Below, in pieces: positions 24,441 to 37,527 of a stretch of 64,000 nt of DNA; within the stretch, counting starts at the first letter, position 1, and every line of letters starts with the position of its first letter. Source of the DNA: Octopus vulgaris. Its lineage: Eukaryota. Location: NCBI GenBank assembly GCA_951406725.2, contig OX597823.1, forward strand, positions 25,606,001 through 25,670,000. The letters are read 5' to 3'. A model generated the notes under the pieces. It saw nothing but the letters and a program-made list of their open reading frames with translations, had not been told where the DNA came from and did not search any database. The translations under genes and the position numbers were made by a program.

Positions 24441-25019
24441 TACCAAAGAAATAAAGAAATACTGAAAGCCTGTGAGACATACATAAATCAGTACATCGTT
24501 CTTAACAACAACAATAAAATCATGAACAGTAACAACAATCGAGAGAGATCCTATGTGATTGCTCACATTGAAATAAAAATCCTTCAAATCGTTATATAGA
24601 ATAGTTGTCTGTGGAATACTCAGTCACTTTGCACGTTAATCAATATATATATAATATGCTGTATTTATGTATATATATTAATAATAAAAGTGTAAAATTA
24701 ATCAATTAAATTAACTAATTAAGCAATCAACTATTTAATAATTTTACCAAGTAGATCGGTACGTTAAAATAACCTTTATAGGTAAAATTATACAAATATT
24801 CTATAATTATAAACATAATTATGATTAGTTGATTCATCGTTTTTCTCTTTGCCTACGTAAAAAATGTGTGTTACTGTCGTGGAGATTCTTACAGTAGTAG
24901 AAAAGGAAATTTTAACTCCTATACTCCTATTTCTAATTTCGTTATGTGGTGAAGCAATAAGCTGACCCCTCATTATAATTATGTTTATAATTATAGAATA
25001 TCTGTGAATATATATATAT

Positions 25020-28000
25020 ATGAAGTTCTCTAAATATAAATCCCTTCCAAAAACAACTTTCCCAAACTATAAAACGGATCACTTCATCGCCTAAATTGTT
25101 GCACGTCTTCTCAGATAAAACGGAAATTATGTATCCTACTACTATCGAAGAATGCAACAAATTCTTCAAGATGGAACTATACAAGACTTATGATCCAGCA
25201 CCGACATCTGCCCTTGACAATATCAACACCAACCAATGCAGGCTTATGAGCAAATTACACGTGGACGATCGCACATAATCTACTGCCCTACATCTCTACG
25301 CTTCAACCTTAAGGATCATAAGGACTTCATAACTAAACAATCTAACATCTCATGTACCCTACCAAATCAGATCTGGGAAGAACAAGCAAAGATATTCTAA
25401 ATAATATAATACCAATCGTCAAAGAGAAATTGAGCGTCAACTTATGGTCCTGTACAGATGAAGTCATAACATGGTTCCATCTCTTAAACAGCAAAAACTC
25501 TTCTTTCCTACAATTCGATATAAATAATTACTATTCTTCTATTTCTCCCAAACTTCTTAATCGCTCCTTCTAGCTAGGAATCTAACTAACTTAACACCTT
25601 TAGAAATTAACATAATTCTTAATAACCGTAAAACCCTTATTTCTTTTGAGAACAAACTTTGGTAGCGGGTCAACTGCTATAACAATAATAATAACCATAA
25701 CAAATTATTTGACATTACTATGGGATCATTCGACTCTGCCCAAGTCACCGTCTTCATTGTCCTATACATACTCCACTGGCTCCGAATACATTTCCCTAAG
25801 ATCAAGGGAGGCCTCTACAGAGATGACGCTTTGCCAGTCATCAAGGGCGTAAATGAATCCTCTTTTCACTAACCTCAACCTATCTATTACTTTTGAAAAT
25901 TCTCACAAAAACCACTAATTTTTTAGACATACCTTTAAACTTAGAAACCTACCAATACTCCCCATATCACGAACCTAACCAACACCTTAAGTACTAAAAC
26001 ATTAATTCCAATCACAACAAATCTATATTTGATAATATAGTTAAGGGCATCTCGATTCGTATATCTGACCTCTCATCCATTCAGAAAATATTCAATAACT
26101 ACACCCCATATTACAACCAAGCGCTTGCTGCCAGTGGCTTCTCCCAACAAATAAAATACATCTCTAATACTAGGCTCAAACCACATATATCTCAAATCAT
26201 ATCACAACGACATACCAACCATCGGAATTACAACAGACCACAGAAAGACTACTAGAACTCCGGGAGAACCCAGATTAAGACAACTTAGACTCCACACGCA
26301 CAAATAACACTAGGTCAAAATCTAAAGCAACTATCAATAACGGGCCATATTACGCCCCTCTAATTTCTAAAAATATAGATTAACTACCCCTAAATAACCA
26401 ACGAAAGCGGTCGACGCTCTATTCACCACCCCGCCTTCTCACTAAACGTTAAGAACTTAGTTAAATCCCTTTTTTAATATACTGGATTCAAACTTCCCTC
26501 GTTAACATAAATATTACTCTACCGTTAATAGATACACCTTAAAGCTATCCTATTCCTCCCCACCCAACTTTCAGGCGATCGTAACAGTTTCTAATAGACG
26601 AAAATTTTCTATTATCAAACGTTAAACTATAAAACCTCTGAATACACGATCGCCCAACAAATGCATAGCTCCAATATCGAACCTATTACTTTATATCACA
26701 ACGAAAACTCAACCAACACCACTAACAATAACCAGAATACTACTACCCTAACGTCCACCATTATTACAGATAGGATAAATAACAACAACGATAGAAATAG
26801 TAATAATAATAATGATAATAGTAATAATAATGTTAATAACATAGACCAATCTACTCCCATTTCTAACCTCTCCTTAGACAGTATTACCCCCTCCATTCAT
26901 GAGGACCATCTGCCCTCTGCAAACTAATTACAGAAGGTCTAACGTAATTTATAAATGCACCGACCACAACACGTCACACTATTCTACAACCGTATATACA
27001 GGATCAACTATAAATTTTAAACAGCGATTCGCTGTGCATCTCAGTTCTTTTATATATAAGAAACACAGTATCCACAGCACTCGCCAGTCACATACATCAT
27101 CTCAAAAATAGAAATATTCCATACATCTTGTCATGATCCATAATAGATTCAGGGCTTTCATACCAGGGTCAACGCTCAGCCTGTAAGCTAAACCTAAAAG
27201 AAGTATTCCACATATTAAAACACAACTCTTCAATACTACTAAATAAATGTAATGAATTTTACCACAAATCTAAATACAACCTAAATCATCACAGTATATA
27301 TCCCGAACACCCCTAGGTAAACTCCAGCAACCCTATTTGACTTTGCATTGTCTCCGTTTTTAATTTTTTAACCCTCCAATCTTATTTTTTAATTGTTTAA
27401 TAATACATATATGGACATATATGCATATATGTGGATATATGTGTGTGAACATGTGTATGTATGTATATTTATGTGTGCGTATGTCCGCATGTGTTTGTGT
27501 CAATACATATATCTATGGGTGGGTGGGTGTGTGTGTGTGCATGTATATATATGCATATATGCGTATGAGTTTAAGTACATAACTATGCGGGTCTATATAA
27601 CAGTGCATATACACACGTATACATATGTATGTGCACGCGCGTGTATATCAATGTACAATTCTTTTTTTCTCACTCTGATTCCTCAGGCCCCACTACCACT
27701 TTAGCCAGTACAATAAACATGTCCTTCTATTTTTAAAAACTTGACTACTATATCTTATTATTCTTCCATTCCTTTTTGAGGTTTGCAACACATATTAGTA
27801 ATCCCCTGTACCATTCTCTGTACCCATCCCTCCACCTCAGTGCCTCTCAAACATATCACCCACCCCCTTCTCCTCACACATTCATTCCTTACATTCTTAT
27901 CTCTTCCTATCCCTCCCCTACTCCTCTCTTATCCCCTCATAATATCTTGACCACCAACTAACATTCCTTTTTTCATTTTCTCTTCCGCTTTCTTTCTTTC

Positions 28001-28480
28001 TTTCATTCTTTTTTCCTTCCTCACCTATTCCTTTCGACCATTCTTCTCATTTTAACATACACACCTTTTCTCTCCTCTCTGCTTAATACAACCACTACAT
28101 TCTCCAAATTTTACTCCCACCACAATGCCCCTTTGATGAACAGCACATGGAATCTATGTCTCCACACTTTCCTCTAAATAATGACAAAATATGAACTCCT
28201 ATCGGAATTTGTATGCCACGGACAAGAAACGTTTCTATCATTTCTACACACCACTTTTCTTGGATAACGGAACTGCAACTATAACATCTTACATATATAT
28301 TTTTACTTTTATTCTCATATTTCCCTTTATACTTCTTATTTCCATCCTACTTTTTCCCTCTATTTAACCATCTCACATCGTCTCTGATCTAGGGATATTC
28401 CTAAGATTCCAGAAACAGCTGTCTCTTTATAAATGTCCTGAAAATTCCACACAGCCTTGGCTTTGTTGTCTCATTTTATT
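25020..28480 (+). mobile_element. Degenerate Penelope-like element (RT, GIY-YIG, pLTR)
   Basis: FLQFDINNYYSSI and GLYRDDAL (about 25810-25835); CPLQTN..SNVIYKC..VYTGSTINFKQRF (26900-27050); hammerhead remnant ctgatct...gaaacagctgtc at 28384-28423. Confidence 0.85.
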
Positions 28481-29329
28481 TAACACACACACTCACACAC
28501 ATTCACACACACAAACGCACGCACACACACATACACACATTCTACGTTATTCGATATGAGCTCTTATTAATGGCCAGAGTCATTCCGTTTATTTTTGTAT
28601 TCAAGAGTTCATCCTTCTGTTCTCTTTGTCATAATGCTCATCTAATGCTTTTATGTTCATACATTCTGATGATCAAATTGATTTTCTCATTTTCCTCTTT
28701 GGTAAATCTTATCAATATGTGTCATCAATATATATTTAATACGCTATATGTATTTGTAGACAGGCTAATTCTATTATCAATTATTCTATTTCCACTATAC
28801 TCCACTATTACCTTTTATATTCAAATTACTAACAGGTACCATGTATCAGCTTTAGCCTATTTACATATTACACTGTGCGTATGTATTTCTTGCTTTAAGC
28901 AGAACAAAACTCAATACATACTGACCAAAACAGTATCCAAGTGGATGAATACGCCTGTAAGTGAAACCAAAAGCCAAATTACATAGGCAGAATCAGCAAC
29001 CTCCAGCACTGTCTATTTGCTTCAATTCAACATGCCAGTCTGAAACCTGCAAGTGAACGTTAACAAGACATCTTAGACCGCCTTCTTTTGCTGCTCATTT
29101 CTTTATAATGTCTTGAGAATATTGACACTTTTTTCTTTTAACCTGTAGAAAAGAAACAATGATATATTGAAAGAAATCTCAAATGCGGAGCATAACTGTA
29201 AAACAAAATATAAAACTATAAAACACAGAGCCAGAAATACGGTAAAAAAATCTGTGAAAAATATTTGACAATACTTTAATGGAGTTAAGAATGCATAGTA
29301 TGAAATTTACTTGGACTGCGAACTAAAGA

Positions 29330-30240
29330 AGATAGCATCTTTCCTCAAATGAAAATTTTAGCAGCATGGATTAGCAATGAAGTGCAAATATCAAACTTGC
29401 CTACTACCTACACTACAATTTTTACAAATGCCTTGTCCATGTTTTCAATTTTAAATGACAAAAAAGAAAATTGTAAAGGAAATTTGCTGCAACCTGGATA
29501 GTTAGAACACTGTAGACTTGCTGCAAACAGTGGCTGGTTAAAGTACTATAAGAAGCAAGCAGGTTGGCATAAAATAATGTTACATTGTGAAGTGTGTAGC
29601 GCAGATGATGAAGTGGCAAATTCTTTACCCTAAAAATTAGAATAAATTATTGAAGAAGAAAAATTACATGCCAGCTGATATTGTCAACATGGATGCGACA
29701 ATTTTTGGAAAAGATTACACATAAGGAGCTACATTGAGAAGAATTATCATTGCCTGGGTTTTAAATTATGAAGGATCGCTTTTCTTTAGTATTTGGTGGC
29801 AATGCAAGTGAGGACCACAAACTCAAACACTGCTTGTTTATAGGGGAGAAAATCCAAAAGCCCTAAAAATATCACGAAAGGTAATCCTCCAGTCACATGG
29901 AAATCCAATGAAAAGGTCTGGATTACAAATTCACTTTTTAGATATCTGTTTTTCATTGAGGAAAAATAAATCTCCCAAAAGTGAAGCCGAATTTCTTGAG
30001 ATAAAACAAACTTGTGAGAACAAAAAACAAATTCCATTTTCGACATTATACCAGAGAACACTCATCGTCCAAATGTTCTTTTGTTTTTTATTGATTTCGC
30101 TGCAAACACAACGTCACCTCTTCAGCCTATGAACCAGAGGATTACTTCAACTTTTAAGACATATTATTTAGGAAAATTCATTTGAAATTCTTATTAAACC
30201 CACCGATTACGGAAGAGGGCCTACTTTCGGAAACGTTTTA
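29330..30240 (+). mobile_element. pogo/Tigger-like DDE transposase remnant
   Basis: Fragments VNMDAT, GFKIMKDR..GNAS..HKLK and TTSPLQPMNQRITSTFKTYYL; highly decayed. Confidence 0.7.
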
Positions 30241-30357
30241 TTGTTTTAAATACAATCGGACTACAATCTGAGGCTACACCATATGTGGGTGCGAAACCAT
30301 TGGTCGTTCTATGACCAGACATTAACTTTATTACTTTAACACTTTACTGCTTATACT

Positions 30358-30389
<32 letters not shown>

Positions 30390-30824
30390 ACCACCTTCAA
30401 CTCAATCAACACTAAAAGATTTTATACCCGACCACTTCATGAAATGTTAAATATTAAATCTTATACTAACTATATCTATTCTGAATCCCGTATTTTCCGT
30501 TTATAAGACTGCACGTGTTTCATGAAAGTACGTCGGTATTGATTAGATACGAGGTATCTAGCTCAATGACCAGGACGAACGAAAAATTACATGCAAACAT
30601 AGGATATATTGTTTAATTATTAAGATGAGTTAAGATTAGATTCTCTATTATATAAACTAAACCTTATTTATAAAGTCATGTTTTTTAGATATAGTTATAA
30701 TTATAGTTATATACTACCCGTTATCACTAGAAAGTAGCATTTAGTCATACAAAAATATATAATATCAATTGGTTAATCTAAGGATGTAACTCAGGTATCA
30801 CCACTGATACCTGAGTTACATCCT

Positions 30825-32750
30825 GTGTCGCACTCATGAGGTTCCATCCACACGCAACATCCGTGCTACATTCTTCCATCAATTTTCAAACACCTTCACA
30901 GTCAGGCATTTTCTCTCTAGCCCTATTTTCCTTTTAAGGTGAAAGGTGAAGTAATTCACCAATTCAGGGCCAGAGATGAAATTGCCTGACTCTAACCCTT
31001 TCAGCCTTGTTTTCCAAATTACCTCTCTCGCAATTGCTACTACAATGAGAAAACAATTCTTACCTTCTTTCGAAAGGAAATCAGGCGGGTCAATTTTTAC
31101 TATAGACTCAGTCGACAGCTGTACTCTTCGTGCACTTGACAACAGTTGTTCAGCATAAACCCATACATCTGACACCTCCGAACATTGAACAATAGCATGC
31201 GGGACGGTTTCCCTATCCCGCTCGCATTTTGGACAGGTCGAAGGGCCGTGGCCACCATGCCTTGTGAGCTTGTCCCGAACAGGTAAGGCTCTTCTGTAAC
31301 ACTACCATGCCAGAGATTTCTGAAAGTTGTCCAGGGTTTTAGGCCCGAATGTACGTTGGGACATACTGGTCAGCTGATTATCGTCGAGACTTAGGGTTTC
31401 CTCCAAGGTATCGTCACATTCCGCCTCTACCAGCCCTCTATAAAAGAATGTGGTGGAACCTCTACCGCAGGCATTGCCCGAGCGACGGAATAGCAGGAGA
31501 GCCTTGCAGCACTCCGTAAACCATGTACCCAACTTCGATCTTCGATAGAACCAGGATTCCCGTCCACTGAAACTAGTGAATCTAGCCCACCCTTTAACGG
31601 TTGTTGAAGTCGTTCACCCGAACTACCGAGTCGACGTTGTCATAAATCTGAATGATCCACCTGAGGAAGCCAAGACCCAGGTCGAACTGTGCCAGAACGG
31701 ACACCAGGTAGCGATGATCAACCCTATCAAATGCCTTAGATTGGTCTAAATGGACTAGTGCCCCACCCATGCCAGAATCACTATTAAACCCCTCTAAAGT
31801 GTACCGCATAAGATGGAGATTGTCCTGGATGGTTCTGCCGAGAACGGCACATGTCTGTGCCTCCCCGATCAAACCATCTGCGAAACGCGCCAATCTTTTT
31901 GATAACACGTAGGGCAAAATCTTCAACTCTGCGTTTAGCAGAGTGATGGGCCGAAAATTATCAACGGAATCCCCCTTGTCCGGGTCCTTTCTGACAAGCG
32001 TTACCACTCCCTGGCGCACAGATCTGAGAATAAACCCGTTCTGCTGCCAGTTCGCGTAGACATTCACCAGCAGGTGCCCGAACAAGTCTGGCATACTCTT
32101 ATACAACTCATAGGGTAGACCATCCAGTCCCGGCGCCCTACCCGCGCTGCAGTCTGCCCTAGCCTCAATTACCTCCCCAGGCGTGATCGGCCCTTCACAG
32201 CACTCTACCTCCCGCCCCAATAGGCCCGGAAGCCCGGCGAGGAAGTCCGTTAGGTCCCTCCTACTATCCGGTCCGCCGCCCCCACCGAAAACCTGGGCGA
32301 AGTGCTCCTGAAAAGCCTCACACATCTCCTAGGGTTCGTCTATCAACTTACCTTGCTGGTTCGTCAAAGATCGGATTGTGGCATCATTACCACGTTGGGC
32401 TTCAACCACTCGGGCTCATCCTGGGCCTTGATTCCCTCACAAACCACTGCACGAAGCCTAGCCCTGACAATGCAACCCATGTGTTTGGCCTCAATGTGCT
32501 GCTTCAGACACAGGTGAGTATGAGAATGGGGCAAGCATTGAAGTTTGCATTTTTTTTCCACAAAATTGATTTAAAAAGCCACAATAATTCCCCTGTGGAG
32601 GGGGGGATTTCAACATGTAGCTTCCAAAGAAAAAAAACAACAGTTCTTTTCAACAAAACAGAAACAATAATTCACCACAGTACTTCAACCAAACAAAACA
32701 CAGGAAAAAAAGTGAAACGTACCAACAACAGGAGGGAGTGCCTAAAGAAG
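30825..32750 (-). mobile_element. L1/Tx1-type LINE with internal deletions (5' UTR joined to mid-ORF2; 3' UTR missing)
   Basis: APGLDGLPYE, NFRPITLLNAELKIL, LDQSKAFDRVDH, and a C-terminal CPKC..ETVRHAIVQC zinc motif; the RT YADD region is deleted near 31595. Confidence 0.9.
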
Positions 32751-32924
32751 TAACTTACTAGACTGGTTGTTTGCGATAATACATAGATTGAATAAATTAA
32801 ACGATAAAAGTGGCTTTTTCCCGTGATGCATTCATTTCCGGTTTCCCTGACAGTACTATATAAAGGAATAAATACAGAAGTTGAACTTTCTGACATTTAT
32901 TTGTCTTTAATTCCGTATTCTTTT

Positions 32925-35900
32925 TCCTCAGTTGCGCGTCAATATTTTCACTTGCTACCCAATTATTACGTGAGATCGTTTCTGTCTGTGTTTTTTGTTA
33001 TTGTGTATTAACTTGAACTGTTGTCTTTTGACAAACAGTAATTTTCGCCCTACGGGGCAGAACATTTCTGAATTTCTGTAAAAAATGTTCTCTTGTCATT
33101 TGTGACAAGGTTTTTCTTGTCTTTTGAGACAAGTGCTACCTTATGAAGTACGACCTCGCGTCCAAGAATGATTTTCCCGAGATGGGAGGAAGTAATAACA
33201 ACAACGGAAATAAAAAGGAAAACCAGGAAAAACAAAGTTTTTCTGTCGCCGTAGGTGGCAATGTCGTTGAACTGGAAGTAGCCATGGACAAGCTCTTCCA
33301 GTTCAGAAAATTAATTGAAAAAACTGGAGAAGAAACCAAGTTAATACCGTCCCAGGAAACTGTTCAAGCAATTCGCGAAAAAAAACTGTCGTTTACAAAG
33401 TGTTTAGTATTAAGGAAAAAAGAATCATCGAAGTAAAAAATGAAGTAGTCGAACGGTGCATTGCTCCGATATGGAACAAGGTATGCTACGTTAGCCGAGG
33501 TGTAAGAAGTGCTACAATAGAAGCACATTTCGAGTCGGCTAACGTAGCAAAGGAAATTTCGACTCAAACGTTGAAGAGCGAAGAGATTATGTTGCTGCCA
33601 ACGTATTTGGGTCGGCGAACGGCGAAAGTGACGGTTGAGAACATACCTGTTGGTTACGAAGTCATGTGGGTAATGACAGCAGTTATATATGACGTCGAAG
33701 GGAAAATAACAATCCTGAGCATGAGGAAAAAGGAACCGACAAACTGGAGGGGACAAATGCTGGAAATGGTCATACAAGCTGACAACCAAACACTTGAAAA
33801 TTTGCCCGATAGAGTCTTCGTAGGGGGAGGGGCATACAATTCGTGTGTCGGTGGAGAGACGTAGGCCCAGGTGTTTTAAGTGCGGGCAGAAGAGCCACGT
33901 TCGCTCTACCTGCACGAAGAAAAAACAGTTGAAGTCCCTCCCCAAAACGTAGAGAAAAACACAAAGAAATAGGAGAACGTATCACTAACAAGAGAAAATA
34001 ACGAAAACAAAGCAAAACGAAAAACAGAAGGATGGAAAGAAACAAAATGAAAAACAGAATGGAGAACAAAAGGAAGAAGGAAAAAAGCAAACAAAAGAAA
34101 AAGATCAAACTGATATGGATTACACAACAGTTACATACAAACGCAAAAAAGAAAGCACCCTGGACTTCCCTCCCCAAACAAAAAGAAAAACTACAAACAC
34201 ACGCGAACAACGCCAAAACGTTCCCCAATCCCACCCAGCTGGCACTACATTTGTAGAACAGCTTTTCAATAATCCCCCAACGCTAAAACGTTTAAAAAAA
34301 AATGACAAGATTATCTCGTTTAATGTTAAAAATGAAAAGGTGTTACGCTTAATTAAAGCAAACAACCGTATTAAATTTTTTAAAGTAACTGACAAAGAGT
34401 CTGACACACGTTACACCAAAGTCGGAGAGGAGGAGTGGAAAGGAAAACTCCTCCAAGAATATGTGGAAAAAACCTTATTAAAGATGTAACCCAGGAGGTG
34501 ATAGCTGGGAAGCTGATTATCAGCCCGGCAGCCACTCTAACATAGACCTGGTGGCAACGCCGGTGAAAAACCCAGCAGCTACGGGGAGTGCGAGGGAAGC
34601 AGATAGACATAGACTGCCATGCTCCCTCTTACAACCGTGAGTAATCTATTTTTCTTTCTTTGATGATTAAGTTAGATTGTTTAAATGTGTGTGGAATGGG
34701 GTCGAGATGGAAACAGGCTTGTTTCCTGAACGACCTCACGACACATAGAATAGATGTGGCTATTGTAACCGAGTCCAAGATGAGTGGACCTCAAGCGTTC
34801 TCGCCTCTTCTGAGTGGTTACGAGAAATTTATTTCTCCTAGCCGAGGAGGAGGTGCAGGCGTGGAAGTCCTCATCAGGAAGAACTTGGATTTACAGATAA
34901 GTACTGTCTTTCTGGACCCAGAAGGCAGGCTGGTTGTACTAGATGTGACTCATGCGAGTAAGCAGTCCTTCAGGCTGGTAGCTGTCTACCATCCTAAGGA
35001 GAGTAGGCAGTCTGGTTTTTACCGGGACCTGGAGCACTTTCTAGTGACATCTAAAACGTTAGTTTTGGTAGGAGACTTCAACACTATCCTCAATGCGCGG
35101 GTCGATAGTGTAGGCTCAACTGATAGGAAAGGGAATCCTTGCCTCAAAGGTCTACTAGGGAGCTATAATCTAGTAGACCGTTACCGACTGGATGAGCCGA
35201 ACGTTCCACAGTGGACGTGGAGTAACAACGACGACTCCCGCAGATCGTACCGAGATAGGGTATTTATTAAGGAAAGAGATAAGAATAGTGTTAGTTGTCC
35301 ACAATTTTGTATTGTGCCTTAGACGAATCACAAACTTGTGACGTGTGCGGTACATGTAGATAAATGTCATAGACAGGGACCCGGGTATTGGAAAATGAAC
35401 AATTCTATTTTGACTTGTGAAGCTTTCCGTACCCGTATTAAGGTGTTAGTTCAGAGGGCATTATGTGGCACCATCATTAACAATAGATGGTGGCACGCCC
35501 TCAAAAGATCCATCCGTTTAGAGTCCATTAGATTTAGCAAGCAACTAAGTTTAGATAGGACTAGAAAAGAGGGCGATTTAGTTAAGAACTTAGATGAGGC
35601 AATGGAATCTGGCTCTGCATCTAGAATGTTGGCAGCGAGAACAGTCTTGTACCGTCACCTCAACGCCAAACAGGAAGGTTGCAGAGTTAGAGCTAAGCTA
35701 CGTGCAAGGAAACGAGAAGGTATTAATGTTGCCAGATGGGCACGTCGTGTGGAGAGTCAGAGAGGTAAAAAGTCCTCTATAAAGTCTTTAACGGACGAAC
35801 GGGGACGCAAGATATATAGACAGGAGGAGATGCAAAAAGTCTTTCACCAGCATTTCGCTCGGTTGTTCGGGGAGAGTGGTCCGCTTGGGCGAGGGGAATC

Positions 35901-37527
35901 CTTAAAGGACTTCCTAGCCGGTGGGCCACGACTTTCGGCACGTGAGGCTGAATGCTGTGAAGGAACGATCACTCCCGTGGAGGTAAGAGAGGTGTTGGTC
36001 GAGTGCGCCGGGGAAAAGTCACCGGGGCTAGATGGTCTGCCCTATAAGTTTTATCGTTGTTTGCCGGACTTGTTCGGGGAGATACTGGCAGGTGTCTATG
36101 CAAACTGGCAACAGAATGGGAGGATTCCCAGTTCTGTGAGCCGGGGAGTTGTGACGCTGGTCCAGAAAGACCCGAGCAAGGAGGATAGTATCTGTAATTA
36201 TAGGCCCATAACTCTACTTAATGTAGAGTTAAAGATTTTGGTCAAGGTGTTGGCAAAAAGGTTGGCGGCTGTCGTGAAGAAACTTGTCGGAAAGGCACAG
36301 ACATGTGCAATCCCAGGCAGGTCGATCCAGGATAATCTTCACCTTTTCCGCAACACCTTAGATAGTGTTGGGAAATTATCCGGCAAATGAGGGGCATTAG
36401 TCCATTTAGACCAAAGTAAAGCGTTTGATAGGATAGACCATCAGTACCTGGAAGCGGTCCTCGAAGAGGCTGGGCTGGGCCCTGGCTATGTACAGCGGTA
36501 TCAAATCCACAGTCCAGATAAACGGCTACCTAACGGAGCCGTTTTCGATCCCTTGTCTCCGCTTCCGTACGTTTTGGCTCTTGAGCCATTACTGTGGAGG
36601 TTGGAGAAGTTAGGAGGCAACCCAAATGAAATCGGATGCGGTAGGTCCGTTTCTGCTTATGCGGATGACGTCACCCTCATCATGTCCAACGAAGCGCCGC
36701 TGCCTCGTGTAGAAGATGCTCTCCGAGGATACGAAGCGGTGGCAGGGACAAAAGTTAACAAGGACAAGTCCATCGGTTTGCGCCTTGGCACCTGGAGGAA
36801 CAAGCCGATATCGTCCAGTGTCGTTGGACACTGGACAGATGGTCCTGTTAAGTTGCATGGAGTTTGGTTTGGCCCGGACTCCCAGGCGGAGAAGAATTGG
36901 AGCGAGGTAGGGGACAAGGTGGAAGCCATAGTACGGAAGTGGTCCGGAAGGCCTCTGTCCTTGAAGGGCAGAACGGAGGTGGTGCAGGTGTTTATAGCAT
37001 CTGTAATCACCTACCGCCTGTCCGTTGTGCCTTGCTCCGATTTGTGGCTAAACAAGTTGGAACGACTCCTCTTCCGCTTTTTGTGGAAGGGAGGAAAGCC
37101 ACTTGTGAGGCACTCCGTTTGCTGCCAGGAACCGTTAAAGGGTGGACTGGGAATGCCCTGGCTGATGATGCGCAGACATGATTTGAGGCTGTGACATCTC
37201 TGATGCCACCTGGTGGGCGATAAGGTGTGGAGTCCGCTGGCGGTGGAGTTCTTGCCGCGACCGGCCTCTTTGTAGAGATTTAAACCCGGTCTCATTAGGA
37301 GACGTAACCTGACTTTATGGCAGGAGTTCCGTCAAGCACTCTGGCTGATCCACAAGACGGGCAAGGCCGGCAGCGGAAATACCACCTCGATGTTCTATAG
37401 AGGGCTGGTAGAGGCAAAAAATGATGACATCCTAGGAGGGGCTCTGGGGTTCGATGAGAACCAACTTGCCAACCTGTTCAAAAAAACTTTCAGGCCGGGG
37501 TACTTGGATAACTTCCAAAAATCCCTG
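32925..37527 (+). mobile_element. Near full-length but inactive L1/Tx1-type LINE (ORF1 with CCHC knuckle; ORF2 APE-RT; 3' truncated)
   Basis: ORF1 about 33180-34489 with RPRCFKCGQKSHVRSTC (about 33865-33915); ORF2 from 34660 with LNVCG, VTESK, LVGDFN, KSPGLDGLP and SAYADDVT; several stops and frameshifts; ends abruptly at NFQKSL. Confidence 0.95.
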
